64,000 bases of DNA from the IMG/VR virus record IMGVR_UViG_3300025671_000004, positions 1,865 to 65,864 of that record. One strand, given 5' to 3'. Each line of letters starts with the position of its first letter. Positions within the stretch are counted from its first letter, which is position 1. The DNA comes from a virus. Its lineage: Duplodnaviria; Caudoviricetes. A program made the position numbers and the translations under genes. Of this stretch, positions 26,701-35,652 are shown piece by piece. The notes beneath the pieces are model-generated. The model did no database searches. It saw nothing but the letters and a program-made list of their open reading frames with translations, and was not told the DNA's origin.

Positions 26701-29700
26701 AGCTAAAAATAAATTATCCGACTCAAATACGGCCAATACCTCAACCGCCCCTTCGGGAGTTTCATACTCAGCCTCTTCAGCAGTCTCTACTTCTTCAGCA
26801 GTCTCAACTTCCTCGTAAGCCTTCATGACTTCCTCCGTGAGAGCAGCTATGTCTTCCTCTAATGACTTGTACTCCTCTGTTCCCGGAACCATATCAGAGA
26901 TATCATCCTTCGCCATCTGAAGAGCCTCCTCTGCATCCATGGCATCATAGTCATCTATAATCTCTTGGATGTCTCTTTTTTGCTTGGTCGGTACTTGCTT
27001 GGTCGGTTCCTTCTTGGTCGGTTCTTGCTTGGTCGGTTCCTTCTTGGTGGGCTCTACCTTTTTAGGCTCGGGCTGAGGTTTGCGCTTAACAGGCGTTTCT
27101 TGCGCTTTTTTTATAATCAGTTCCGCTTTTCGTGGATTAAACTTACCATCCTCTCTACTTTTTTCGTTAATCTCTTGTAGCCTCCGCTTTATTGTGTTTA
27201 CATCTATATCTTCATTCTCGTCAAAAGCCAATGATATAGAATAGAATCCACGCCTACGAACAAAATCTTCATGCCTACCTTCAATTAAAGAAATTATTCT
27301 CTTGCCGTTCTCAACTCTTGTGCTAAATACAACCTTGCCATAAGGAACCTTACCCCTTATATCTCCTGTACCTAGTCCTCTCGCAAAGTTTGTCACTCGC
27401 TTACCAACCAATCGCTGAAATCCTTGAAACGTTCCCTCTATGGTTACTTCGGATTGTGGTAATATCGTTTGCTCCTTCTTGGCAGGTTCTTTCTTGGCAG
27501 GTTCCTTCTTCTTTGTAGCCTCCTTCTTTGGCTCGGTCTTCTTCTCAGCCTTCTTTGGCTCGGCTTTCTTAGGCAACCTAGTCATGGTCGCTCTTTTTTC
27601 ATCCCTTACAAATCCAAATTTTTCATAGAAGGCCCTAAGTTTTTGAGGGGTGTCAAATCCCTCCACTTTCTCCATTCCTGTTATTAGATTTGCGGTTAAT
27701 TTAAGGGTTACGTTATTCTTGTCCGCATACTCCGTGACGATCTTCATTATAGCGGAACCATTACCTGCTCTTTGACCTCTTTTTTCGCTTACGACTTCAT
27801 CTATTTTTACAGTATTGTCATCAATAAATCTAAGTGTTACTCTTCCAAGCAGATTTCCATCAGCATCAGTTGCCGCATATCCTCCCTGAATATCATCAAA
27901 TGGGAAAACCTTATTCATATCTTCGAAGAATTGATCGCTATTTGTATTAGCCTTCTTCTCTTCTTTCTTGGGTTCTTCCTTCTTGGGTTCAGCTTTTTTG
28001 GTAGGCTTTTCCTTAGTTTGTCTGTAGTATTCGTCAAAATACTTCAATTCAGACTCAGCCTCCTCTTTGGTCATATCAAGTAGTGTGCTTGCATTGGTGT
28101 TTGGAGCAACTGAGTTACCTATTCGAACACCATAATCAAGCGCATTCTCAAGATACCCTGTGTCTGCTTTTTCTTGTAATGCAGCTCTGTATTGCTCCGG
28201 AGTAGACTCAATAATAGCATCGAAAAACTCATGGTAGATGAAAGTATTCTTTGCCGAGGCTCGCTCTCTTTCTTTTTTGTTTTTAGGTCTAGCAGGCTCA
28301 GCCTTCTTCTCTTCTTTCTTGGGTTCGGCCTTCTTGGTCGGTTCCTTCTTGGCGGGTTCTTCTTCTAATGCTTTTAATTTTGCATCATATTCGGCGTTGA
28401 TTTGCCTATCCCTTATTTTAGATGCTTCTTTATTTTCATTTATAAAAGCCTCTTTACCTTTTTGAAAACTTCCCGGGGTCATCAACAAACTTCTTGTGCC
28501 CATAGAAGTAGCTCCATCATCATAAGGGTTAATGCCAATCCATTCTTCAGCGGCCTCTATTAATTCATCTCTTGTTTTAGCAGATTTAACCCTATCAAGA
28601 GGTTTATTTAATTCCTCTTGTCTTTCTCTTTCTATATCAGCTTTTTTAGCTTCTATATCGACCTCGGCTTTTTTCTTTGTCGGTTCCTTCTTGGCGGGCT
28701 CTTCCTTCTTAGGCTCAGCCTTCTTCTCTTCTTTCTTGGGTTCAGCCTCTTCAGCCCGGAACTCTGCCTTAGGTTTAGAAACTAAACTCTCAACTGTCTT
28801 TACAAGCTCAGGATTAGTTCCATCTGTTTTTGCCTTATGATAAGATTCAGATATTGATTTTGCTTTATTGTTGTAATACTTGAAAAAATCTTCTCTTGTT
28901 AAACTATCTACTTTTCCACCTATTGCATTCCAAAAACCTTGTGAATCATCATCATAATAAATAACATCTACATCTTTATTACTATTAAATATAGATGCAA
29001 TAGCCATACTGCCTTCTCCTATAGCACCTGATTTATCAGAAGTTCGTTCTCCTTTATTCCTTTCTATGCTTAAAACTTCAACCTCTCCTGCATCATTAAT
29101 CTCATAAGATATTCTACCATTACGCCCAAAGTCAGCCGTTATAAGTGTAAAGCCTTCATTTTTTTGTGCTTCTGCTTCTGTAACATTAGACAATATGTTA
29201 ATTGTCTTCAAAGCATTTGTAGTTGTTTCTACATTAGCCTCCTCTGTTGTGGCCTCCTTCTTCTTTAGTTCAGCCAATTCTTCATCATATTTGGCGTTGA
29301 TTTTTTTTAAAACTTCTTCCGGTGTCTCACCTGTTATTCTTTCGACTGTAGGCTTTCCATCCGGATCCGTCTTATTGGAAACGTATAATCCACCAAACTT
29401 TTTATCGCGACCGATTATACTTCCCAATTCATTAAGGCTATAACTTCTCCTTGCCTCTATGTCCTCTTCCTTGGTCTTCTCTGTTGTGGTCTCCTTCTTC
29501 GGTCTTCCTCGCTTCTTTTTAGGTTCTGCTTTCTTTATCTCCTCCTGCACTTTCTCGAAGAACCCTTCTAGTGATTCACCTCTTGCCATGGTATCGGAGA
29601 TCGTAATCATGAAGTCCACGATATTCTTTGGCGTGGCTGTACTTAGGAATACAGGTGCGCCAAGAATGCGCTCTGCGTACCTGTTGATGAGGTCTCGTAT

Positions 29701-32700
29701 CTGATTGATAAGAGTTCTCTCTTTATTTGTCAGCCTTTGGAGGTTGCCCATCTCCCTTGTCAGAAGGGCACCGAACTGAGCTAAGAACTCTTCTGCGGCA
29801 ATATCGTCTCCGTATTGGTTTGTAAACTCCTGTAGCTCTCTGAGTAAGTCGTCATATCCGTTGTCCTTTAAGATCTTTTTTATCTCTCCCCGGAACTTCT
29901 TAAACAAAGTTTGATTGTCTCCAAACGCCTTCAGAAGTATACCATGCCATACTTCGTGAGGCATCGTTGTTTGGTCGGCGTACTCCTCGTTAATGAGGAT
30001 GGCCTTTACTTCGTTGGTCTTCGCATCTATGACAATGAAACCACCTTCATTTCCTTGCGCTCGCAAGTTGGTGCCGCGCATTGTGTTCTTAACCAACTCA
30101 TTGATGGCGTCTATGTTTTTTAGTGTTACTATGGTTGCATTCGGGAATATAGTCTTGGCAGATTTTATAACGTTGTCGAGTATGGTCTCATCTGACATCA
30201 CCGAGAACTTCCTTCGCTCAAGTTTTCTTGGTCTCTTGGCCTTCTCCTCTTCGCGAATGTCATCAACAGTCATTTCAAACAGCTCTACCAATGCATCATC
30301 AGAAGATATCTCCTTCTCCCTTTCACTCAGCTCTTCGTTGTTGTACATTTTGGCAGCTATCCGCATGATGGTCTGATCGGAAACGTCCCCATCTTCTTTG
30401 TATGCGCGGTAATCCTCGTCAGATATTGGATCTACTTCTTTGGCTTCTTGTTCACCTTCTCCGGTAGTGACTTCAGATTCTGCTTGTACTTCTTTACCCA
30501 TTTCTTCGCCACCTTTGGGTGTTTGGCGAACATCAGTCTCATCTGACTCTTGCTTTTGAATGGCATCTTGTTTTTGTTTTTGTTGTTCTGCTTTTATCTC
30601 TGCGCCGGTCATGTAGTATGAATACTTTTTCGGCGTTTTAGATGTCTTTTTCTCACCAACAGGAACACCTAATATGGACTCCCTGTACTCAATGGTCTTG
30701 TCACCAACCTCTTTAACTCGGTCTCTATACTGCTCGGGGACTTGATCTATGTCGTCAGCAAACATGAGCACCTGCTCATTGTCTCTGATAGATGCTATAG
30801 CTCTGTTAAGCTTAGCTCTGTCACTTCTTCTCTCTGCGGCCTGTGATATCCTTGTAATCTTGTCATTTATTTGCTGTATCCTTTTATTCTGAGCATCGGT
30901 TTTTTTAACACCTAATGACGCAGCTTCCTCTTCTATTGATTCTCGCTCCATAAGAAGATTGAATACCCTTCTTCTTTGCTGCTCATTCATTTTCGTTTGA
31001 GGAATAGCCTTAGCCAATTCCCTCATCTTCTCTAATACTGCAATTTGAGTATTTTGCTCATTCTCTGTTATGGATCCCGCTTTCCTTTGGTTTACCACCT
31101 GTCTTTTAAGAGACTCGAAGGTTTTGTCATCCATGAGAGCCTTCTCTATTACAGAGTACTTGGTGGATGAAAATACATTAGCACCAAGCAGAGTGCCACC
31201 TGTTGATGCTATAAATCCACCCGCAGCTCCCAATACCACATTTTCAAAGAATTGATTTACATCAAATCTGTCATCCAATCTATCTGTATTGCTGATTGCA
31301 TTACTCAATGCCTTTACCCCTACACCAACAGCATATTCAGCACCTTCAGATATACCTTCTTCTACAGACTCCTTAAGCATCCCTATACCTATTTTTTTGA
31401 GAGAAAACTCAACGGCCTTGTCCATCATTTTGTCCTTGATGACATTCTTTACGCCCTTCTCCTTGATATAGTCCACGACATGTCTTCTAGCAGCAGAAGT
31501 CATCATCCTCTTTCCTATTTTGCCCGGAACGAAAACAGCTAGTGGTGTTGTGATTGTCGAGTATGCCATGGCCAACTCTTGAGCTTCAATGTGGTCTAGA
31601 CCCTGCCCTCTGAGGTCTTCGTACATTTCGTCAGCCATCATTGTTGCTGTAACGCCCCACATTGCAGCGGGACCACCAACAGCCGTTGATCCAACTTGTA
31701 AAGCTAATTGACCTACCGTATTACCAATGAATGCTGCTTTTTTATCAGTTAGATCCGTTCTAGTTTGAGCAAGCTCCGAAACCTTGGCCGCGCCTTTTAC
31801 GAACTTCTCAATTTGTTCAGTCTTTATTGGTGCGATAAATTCATCGTAAAACTCAAGATCTTGACCTCCAAAAATCATATCCGCAATGTAGAGAGACCCT
31901 CTCCTAGCCTTGTGTTCAGCTAATGCAGCCATCGACACTACTTGTGCAACGTAGCTAGGTGTTTTAGCTAGAAACGCGTTGTAGAAATCTTCTAAGCCTG
32001 TAACTATTGGGTTACTTAGGTCGCTTTCCGTTAGAAGGCTCAGCGATTCCAATGCATTTTCCCTTTCTGCAAATTCCTTCTTTGATTTCCCTAAAGATTC
32101 GTTGTAATCACTCTTGAGCTTTTCTATGTTTGAGGTTATCTCATTGAACTGCTCTTTGTTGTTGTTTAGCTTTGCGTCATTGAGTCCGTATTTTGTCGCC
32201 CAATCAACATACTCATCCAACTCCCTCTTCTTCTCTGAAACCTCTTTGTATATGACTTCGTTCCTCTTCTTTGTGCTACTTGCTATAGATCTTAAGAGGC
32301 TTTTTGATAATTGTTGACGCTCATTGTCTGTTGCGTACTCAGATATAGCCGTTGTTACATCGGAGTCAACTAAAGAGAAGTCAACACCAACCATAACTCT
32401 TTCACCATCTTCCCCCCAATCATAAATAATGGCTTCCTGCGGGATCTGATCCATAATTTCTTGAGGAAGATTATCATAAGGATTGAACCTTTGAATTTTC
32501 TGAGTTTCCTCTTCATATGTACCAAAACCTCCTTTGTATCTAGGGATATCCGTTCTATCTTGGGTAGGGGCTTCGGGGGCTTTTGTTATGCCGCGATCGG
32601 GTGCCGGTCGTTGAATCTTCTCATCCGCGAACTCTTCTTCCCCAACGCCCAATTTTGCCAAAGACTCCAATGTGACTTCGGGCTCTTTTTCTTTTTCTTT

Positions 32701-33054
32701 TGGCTTTCCAACAGACTCTTTCTGCGGTAAAGGTGATTCGCCAACAGAAGATTTTTTTGGTGATACTGATTCTTCTTTTTTTTTAATAATACCACCATTC
32801 ACGAGGGCGTTGAATTTTTCGTCACCATACCTATCCCTAAGAACTTTCTCGGATATCTCTGTATCCTTGAAAATCCAAGACGGTCCGCCATCGGTTGCCG
32901 TTTCGGGTGCAGTTGATGGAGCGATTGCGCCAACCTCTGTGTACTCCTTTATGATACCATTATCAATAAGCTTTTGGAGTTTCTCACCACCATATCTTGA
33001 CAGGAGATCCACCTCGTTGATCACCTTTCCTTTGTATGTATATTTTTTAGGCAT
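20779..33054 (-). CDS. Giant polyvalent ejected virion protein (two HExxH metallopeptidase domains, LPD23-like domain, GNAT domains, K/E/P-rich linkers)
   Basis: 4091-aa ORF at the end of the virion block; PHEVWH...EEFLA; WMFEISD...IDHPELFKHYP...HEIQHAIQ...GEVDA; RAGNGSAIM...FYEKFGF. Confidence 0.85.
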   Translation of the reverse strand: MPKKYTYKGKVINEVDLLSRYGGEKLQKLIDNGIIKEYTEVGAIAPSTAPETATDGGPSWIFKDTEISEKVLRDRYGDEKFNALVNGGIIKKKEESVSPKKSSVGESPLPQKESVGKPKEKEKEPEVTLESLAKLGVGEEEFADEKIQRPAPDRGITKAPEAPTQDRTDIPRYKGGFGTYEEETQKIQRFNPYDNLPQEIMDQIPQEAIIYDWGEDGERVMVGVDFSLVDSDVTTAISEYATDNERQQLSKSLLRSIASSTKKRNEVIYKEVSEKKRELDEYVDWATKYGLNDAKLNNNKEQFNEITSNIEKLKSDYNESLGKSKKEFAERENALESLSLLTESDLSNPIVTGLEDFYNAFLAKTPSYVAQVVSMAALAEHKARRGSLYIADMIFGGQDLEFYDEFIAPIKTEQIEKFVKGAAKVSELAQTRTDLTDKKAAFIGNTVGQLALQVGSTAVGGPAAMWGVTATMMADEMYEDLRGQGLDHIEAQELAMAYSTITTPLAVFVPGKIGKRMMTSAARRHVVDYIKEKGVKNVIKDKMMDKAVEFSLKKIGIGMLKESVEEGISEGAEYAVGVGVKALSNAISNTDRLDDRFDVNQFFENVVLGAAGGFIASTGGTLLGANVFSSTKYSVIEKALMDDKTFESLKRQVVNQRKAGSITENEQNTQIAVLEKMRELAKAIPQTKMNEQQRRRVFNLLMERESIEEEAASLGVKKTDAQNKRIQQINDKITRISQAAERRSDRAKLNRAIASIRDNEQVLMFADDIDQVPEQYRDRVKEVGDKTIEYRESILGVPVGEKKTSKTPKKYSYYMTGAEIKAEQQKQKQDAIQKQESDETDVRQTPKGGEEMGKEVQAESEVTTGEGEQEAKEVDPISDEDYRAYKEDGDVSDQTIMRIAAKMYNNEELSEREKEISSDDALVELFEMTVDDIREEEKAKRPRKLERRKFSVMSDETILDNVIKSAKTIFPNATIVTLKNIDAINELVKNTMRGTNLRAQGNEGGFIVIDAKTNEVKAILINEEYADQTTMPHEVWHGILLKAFGDNQTLFKKFRGEIKKILKDNGYDDLLRELQEFTNQYGDDIAAEEFLAQFGALLTREMGNLQRLTNKERTLINQIRDLINRYAERILGAPVFLSTATPKNIVDFMITISDTMARGESLEGFFEKVQEEIKKAEPKKKRGRPKKETTTEKTKEEDIEARRSYSLNELGSIIGRDKKFGGLYVSNKTDPDGKPTVERITGETPEEVLKKINAKYDEELAELKKKEATTEEANVETTTNALKTINILSNVTEAEAQKNEGFTLITADFGRNGRISYEINDAGEVEVLSIERNKGERTSDKSGAIGEGSMAIASIFNSNKDVDVIYYDDDSQGFWNAIGGKVDSLTREDFFKYYNNKAKSISESYHKAKTDGTNPELVKTVESLVSKPKAEFRAEEAEPKKEEKKAEPKKEEPAKKEPTKKKAEVDIEAKKADIERERQEELNKPLDRVKSAKTRDELIEAAEEWIGINPYDDGATSMGTRSLLMTPGSFQKGKEAFINENKEASKIRDRQINAEYDAKLKALEEEPAKKEPTKKAEPKKEEKKAEPARPKNKKERERASAKNTFIYHEFFDAIIESTPEQYRAALQEKADTGYLENALDYGVRIGNSVAPNTNASTLLDMTKEEAESELKYFDEYYRQTKEKPTKKAEPKKEEPKKEEKKANTNSDQFFEDMNKVFPFDDIQGGYAATDADGNLLGRVTLRFIDDNTVKIDEVVSEKRGQRAGNGSAIMKIVTEYADKNNVTLKLTANLITGMEKVEGFDTPQKLRAFYEKFGFVRDEKRATMTRLPKKAEPKKAEKKTEPKKEATKKKEPAKKEPAKKEQTILPQSEVTIEGTFQGFQRLVGKRVTNFARGLGTGDIRGKVPYGKVVFSTRVENGKRIISLIEGRHEDFVRRRGFYSISLAFDENEDIDVNTIKRRLQEINEKSREDGKFNPRKAELIIKKAQETPVKRKPQPEPKKVEPTKKEPTKQEPTKKEPTKQVPTKQKRDIQEIIDDYDAMDAEEALQMAKDDISDMVPGTEEYKSLEEDIAALTEEVMKAYEEVETAEEVETAEEAEYETPEGAVEVLAVFESDNLFLANGVNVIYYKNADGEIVQRFVMREGDPKDRVVQKDFLDGRISSKAFGPLLGGTMMGAEPSVKKEPAAKKPAVKEPAAKKPAVKKPAAKKKPAAKKKPTPKETKAEIPKTETEEKVGQVEKFGDAEIKQESKNRKGESVWSYTSPSGSGFIIDRSESVLTDGSPIGFVISDSPTGTPKRRFKNFTDAIANVSLAQKKETPTKPSTKEKPKAPAKEKPKAPAKEKPKVTLDAYISALNTLIDDLKKSRKGLPSNKRQEVNRKIQEIEERIEYAKSNTPLELRTEEEMESENRVRKYIGSKNANLSTELADKKRKAMEMDAAGESAKKIKALTSFYKAANSEWMFEISDRDARIKLDVRSWQDVEDVIAMSKKDLTVGDVIDHPELFKHYPSIKNIPFKLMISETGRGDSGIYSMFAGEYSTPVGRTDTQLITVVVPTQETDGEENFKALRSSIISANVVQRVYDSFPLAVREYIARVSEHLAFAKKGSKIPDSPLMRRLERETMDFIIKNSSPDNDVNGAIDDMIKILVQGNERRAKDYAGTPKKISTDMRKVFSRLSDFEDTLKGTMLHEIQHAIQYIEDMPWGGNKLAALRYLNYEEQRNLAKIYTIMGPKTARSMLHDVYKSFAGEVDANNVRRRMNLSQRELDNLALSETEDVAEEDKIYMSKAEFDRLASRRATEFENKMIGAEPPKSSMNVVRQQRKKEELEKEMSKKEGYKAVASRIKKNYNTMADEGAKKRDILAKAIEILEASDFYKKADDITRNRAVMLTTMNHGYSIRKSPKASTILGQTFDVENITISAKQALSSQIRTQGRGIRAVLAVQQRLAKEVYELVKEKKLTMRQAGKILKRFSRVNPASDASIRAFADFVSNVVKNEEYKDRSAKLKVMRKKAKDNIKKKLGSLFGYNALVDKMLSISEKSIPPSVMDEYISIVEELGTSAAVLDLGEARELVDRVTTVMDAVDAENARVVDLQMAFEDYSDKVMSSDGKLMYEKTLDKMVNDGIITIEERDMMVRLKLSILSNEVSDTMTDQELDAERRSIISDIMSLKLSIPEGLPKAEEALLRRLKKLIEDTEAMMKMSPSDLKKLQKVVDNANNGYAHNVTQVLVERIESRRATIELAESVMNAKPLLISRVIASAKALFSKGKNKYTVMAERTPLYFIDQVFGDFKTPTIYNTLFENTAIGHSRFKTENKKVLETLSGLDKKLYEAFSYNHNSVTESKYKMTAYLIQKEFENNPGNSKVNPAIKFLDATIEYAEAEKGDYTKKDAEILKRIRKDFSTNGQIDLQKIENSLNRAERNAIRSIEKINQSLLPLATHLGLVVHGEGMKPLNAYNHLSVIVDPSASGVQLTQSQNAMNAMNPSTRTGIIKERTGQVNPIDFDAFKSVSTAARDVFMDYYMTEPVRTSYRTIRNTENEIKKKFAKELEDLNSQLESASKEDKELIEKRIEEKRKQKAEKEKLFDVIKMAHKSAVESVLMSSTHETTFMDDVTSYLSKWGYRAVLAKSTRAISEFLSNAAFAMLVDSKSFFSGMKYASIYSSPDGVAIAENVGSVQLSRIYPQGTLTGRMIDGTLKDDAGSVNRSRAKNDILNKAQQIGSFKVRGVGLGSIRDASEVIADKMITTPDQAIMRPFWFGALAKEFKKQSGKDIDFEKIKNNDQEYISENQDALDAARKMADKKSVLLGASDNPFLSAAKSRPINGSAFSQILHIFNNYMTRFLVYEFNSFRYGMYAAIGRGDITPRQGAAIMTAVATRMVIYSALTQYLSGALRSLISGDDDEYTTLDFGRAVVSGVSGLILGRDFGNIAKTFINMNVEYINMKYLDMLRDGDYDAYEDKIAYTIVPIQPDPRRNMMMDIMMNIMGPMSPILRTMEFAGKQLVEKEKVEIDAIKRDELENYRAVIEMAGNLGYVPFYADVRMIMNTMIYKDIIKEKKNPTMPKSKLKEEYPDLYERLYGKDSPSGRVKEMERRMDRSKKD

Positions 33055-33057
33055 ATG

Positions 33058-34620
33058 TTATTGTTCTGCTACAATTTCGTCAAGTTCATCAAATATATCA
33101 CCGTCCGAACCACCGCCTTGTTGTGCGCCGGTATCCAAGTCCCTAATTGAATTAAGACCTAGTCCTGTCACAATATCATTTGTAGACAGGTATGTTGACA
33201 TATAGGCTGCCAATCCATTCAGATTTTCGCGCATTTCCTCTTGAACACTTTCATATTCCGGAAGAACCTTACCCGCGTTCTGTTTGTCGGAAGATGGGTA
33301 GTATTTCAATCTACGCGTTGGAACGGTATATCCCGCACCACCTGCACCAAGTGGGACTACAACAATTTTATCTCCGTCTTTTTTGAAGTCAAAGTATGAC
33401 GCATATCCACCCAATGCTGTCTGAAGTTGAGGGATACTTACCGATGGATCTCTGTCAATCATTTGAGGAGATAATTGGGCCTTCATCTGCTCAGTTACCA
33501 CACCCCTACCTTTTGAAGTTAGAGCGTCAATGTATGCCTCGCGCTCTTTGTCTGTCATTTCACCATAACTCTTAGTGGTGGTAGGTGGTGTTTTTGTAGT
33601 ACGGCCACCCGAGTAGTTGTACTTAGGTATAGAATCCTTCTTAATGCTTCGATCTAGCATTGTTCTAAACCTTTCCCTCATCGCGTCTTCGGCCTCCTTC
33701 TTCTGATCAGGGTCAATCTTCGGAACAGGGTTTCCGTTCGGATCATACCCAACCAATATCTTCTTCTTATCCTTCTTAGCCTCTTCCGGGTCCCAAGTGA
33801 ATGAGTACCCCAAAGCATTATAAAGAATATCAGAGGCATTGTATGGATTGGATAGCATGCTTTCAATAAAAAGCTTCTCAGATTTCTCGAAATCCTCTTT
33901 TTCCATGACATCCTCCACGGTTTCAAAGTAGCCTCCCGAAATCTGCTTGATTATTTCCTTTCCAAGTCTATCTGCGCCACTACTCAGCACGGCATCAAAA
34001 TCATATTTGTCGTACTCAGTCTTCAATATGTTGTTCATCACGTTCATAGGCATGATGTTACCCGGAGATGTATCTACCTCCATCTCGCCTGTTTTTTCGT
34101 TCTTCTTGAACTTGGCGACACCAACTTGACTGTTGAGAGGGTTGACGTATACGCGCATGTTTTTGAAATCGGTGTAACCTTCAACACCCTCCATCAAGAA
34201 GGATTCAAAACCCATGCTTTTATTATTAATACTCCTCTCTAGCTTTTTTGAGTACAGCTCATTGTAACCTTTAAACGCATTTATAACACCATCGGCACCA
34301 TCGAATAGTTTCTGACGGCGACTCGTGTAATCTTGAATGGTTATATCCCCTGCGTTGAGAAGTTTATTCAGCATCAACATGCCTTGAGAAAGCTGATTTG
34401 ATGCATTCATTATCGCTTGATTAGCATCTACGTCATCTCCTAACTCGATAGAGGAAACCTTCTGCACATAATCATCAGATGACTTTCTAAGTTCAGCTTT
34501 TTGCTTCTCCCTTGCAGAGGCTTCATCCTTTATGGATTTTGATACGGAATCAGTTACAGAGGACCAATCTATAAGTCGGTCAAGATCCCTTTCTTTCCAA
34601 CCGAAAAAACTATTAGCCAT
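33058..34620 (-). CDS. Putative internal virion (ejection) protein
   Basis: 520 aa, helical, located between the small core protein and the giant protein. Confidence 0.65.
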   Translation of the reverse strand: MANSFFGWKERDLDRLIDWSSVTDSVSKSIKDEASAREKQKAELRKSSDDYVQKVSSIELGDDVDANQAIMNASNQLSQGMLMLNKLLNAGDITIQDYTSRRQKLFDGADGVINAFKGYNELYSKKLERSINNKSMGFESFLMEGVEGYTDFKNMRVYVNPLNSQVGVAKFKKNEKTGEMEVDTSPGNIMPMNVMNNILKTEYDKYDFDAVLSSGADRLGKEIIKQISGGYFETVEDVMEKEDFEKSEKLFIESMLSNPYNASDILYNALGYSFTWDPEEAKKDKKKILVGYDPNGNPVPKIDPDQKKEAEDAMRERFRTMLDRSIKKDSIPKYNYSGGRTTKTPPTTTKSYGEMTDKEREAYIDALTSKGRGVVTEQMKAQLSPQMIDRDPSVSIPQLQTALGGYASYFDFKKDGDKIVVVPLGAGGAGYTVPTRRLKYYPSSDKQNAGKVLPEYESVQEEMRENLNGLAAYMSTYLSTNDIVTGLGLNSIRDLDTGAQQGGGSDGDIFDELDEIVAEQ

Positions 34621-35230
34621 TGTTGTGTTGTTCGTTTATTGTGTTGGTCTTACTAGATGAATCCTCCTCAGGTAGATTGTAGTTTGTTGGTATAAGCCCC
34701 AACATGTCCTGTGCTGCGCCACCCATCTGTTTTAGCATTTGATTCATGTATACGTTGTACGCATTCTCCCTATATGCAGCAGCCTCTTGAGCCCCCATCG
34801 CTTCAATCTGATTGATCCTAGACCTAGCCGCTGCTAATCTAGATTCCTCCGTGGCGGCAACTTGATTTAGTCGCTGCATCTCAGCAGCCATGTCAGCCCT
34901 AGTTCTTCTTTGAGCCTCTTGAGCTTGTCTCTGAATAAGAGGTATAGATCCGATACCCCTATCCGATTCTCTAGCAGCCTCAATGGCTTGAGCGGCAGAC
35001 TGTATCATGGCTTCACGCTCCAAGTCGTATGGCTCCATGGCTATAGAAAGTCCTGCCATATAATTGGTGCTTAACTCACCCCTTGCTTGAGCTATTGCTT
35101 TTGCGGCTGAGGCCTGCGCCTCCCGCATAAGTCTTTGCTGTTCTGATGCCTGTTTGAAAGACATGCCTGCGCCTATTGCTTTTACGGCGGCAGACCCTAT
35201 TGCTGCGATTGCGGCTGTTTCTAATCCCAT
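34613..35230 (-). CDS. Putative internal virion (pilot-like) protein
   Basis: Ala/Gly-rich N-terminus and Ala/Gln-rich coiled coil. Confidence 0.7.
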   Translation of the reverse strand: MGLETAAIAAIGSAAVKAIGAGMSFKQASEQQRLMREAQASAAKAIAQARGELSTNYMAGLSIAMEPYDLEREAMIQSAAQAIEAARESDRGIGSIPLIQRQAQEAQRRTRADMAAEMQRLNQVAATEESRLAAARSRINQIEAMGAQEAAAYRENAYNVYMNQMLKQMGGAAQDMLGLIPTNYNLPEEDSSSKTNTINEQHNNG

Positions 35231-35634
35231 GATTTTATCAATTCTTGTGTTGAACTACCTCTCAAGAATCCTTCCCTCTCCAACCTACCATTAAGAACTC
35301 TTGAGTTTGATGCGAAATAACATGCTTTGTATCCCCTTGCAAAAGCCTCTCTTTCCAAGTTCTTAATCAGCATTGAAAAGGCTTGACTTCTATTTGGTTT
35401 CTTCCTGTAGTGTTTGTTTGATACCACCCAATTTATCCAACAGATTTTTGAATTGGTGTCATATATGTATCCCGCACATACAGGTGTTTCTCCGTCAAAA
35501 ACTATCATACCACCCACTCCGTTTTCGGGCAAAATATCTCTAGATGGAGGAGTAATCCAACCCCAAGAATTCCACCATGGCGTAAGAATAAGGTCGTAAT
35601 CTTTATACTCTAAGGGAATGCACACCATGCTCAT
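35221..35634 (-). CDS. GNAT-fold protein of the podovirus tail/core module
   Basis: PVCAGYIY.TNS..CWI.WVVSN...EGF; a TATCTTTG -7 element lies at 35640-35647. Confidence 0.65.
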   Translation of the reverse strand: MSMVCIPLEYKDYDLILTPWWNSWGWITPPSRDILPENGVGGMIVFDGETPVCAGYIYDTNSKICWINWVVSNKHYRKKPNRSQAFSMLIKNLEREAFARGYKACYFASNSRVLNGRLEREGFLRGSSTQELIKSWD

Positions 35635-35652
35635 TGTCACAAAGATACCTAA

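Noticed and set aside
20779-33054. Giant protein as a virion RNA polymerase (crAss- or N4-type)
   Set aside because: No DFDxD-type or T7-like polymerase motifs were noticed; recognisable domains are peptidase, LPD23-like and GNAT. A remote fold cannot be excluded without structure prediction.
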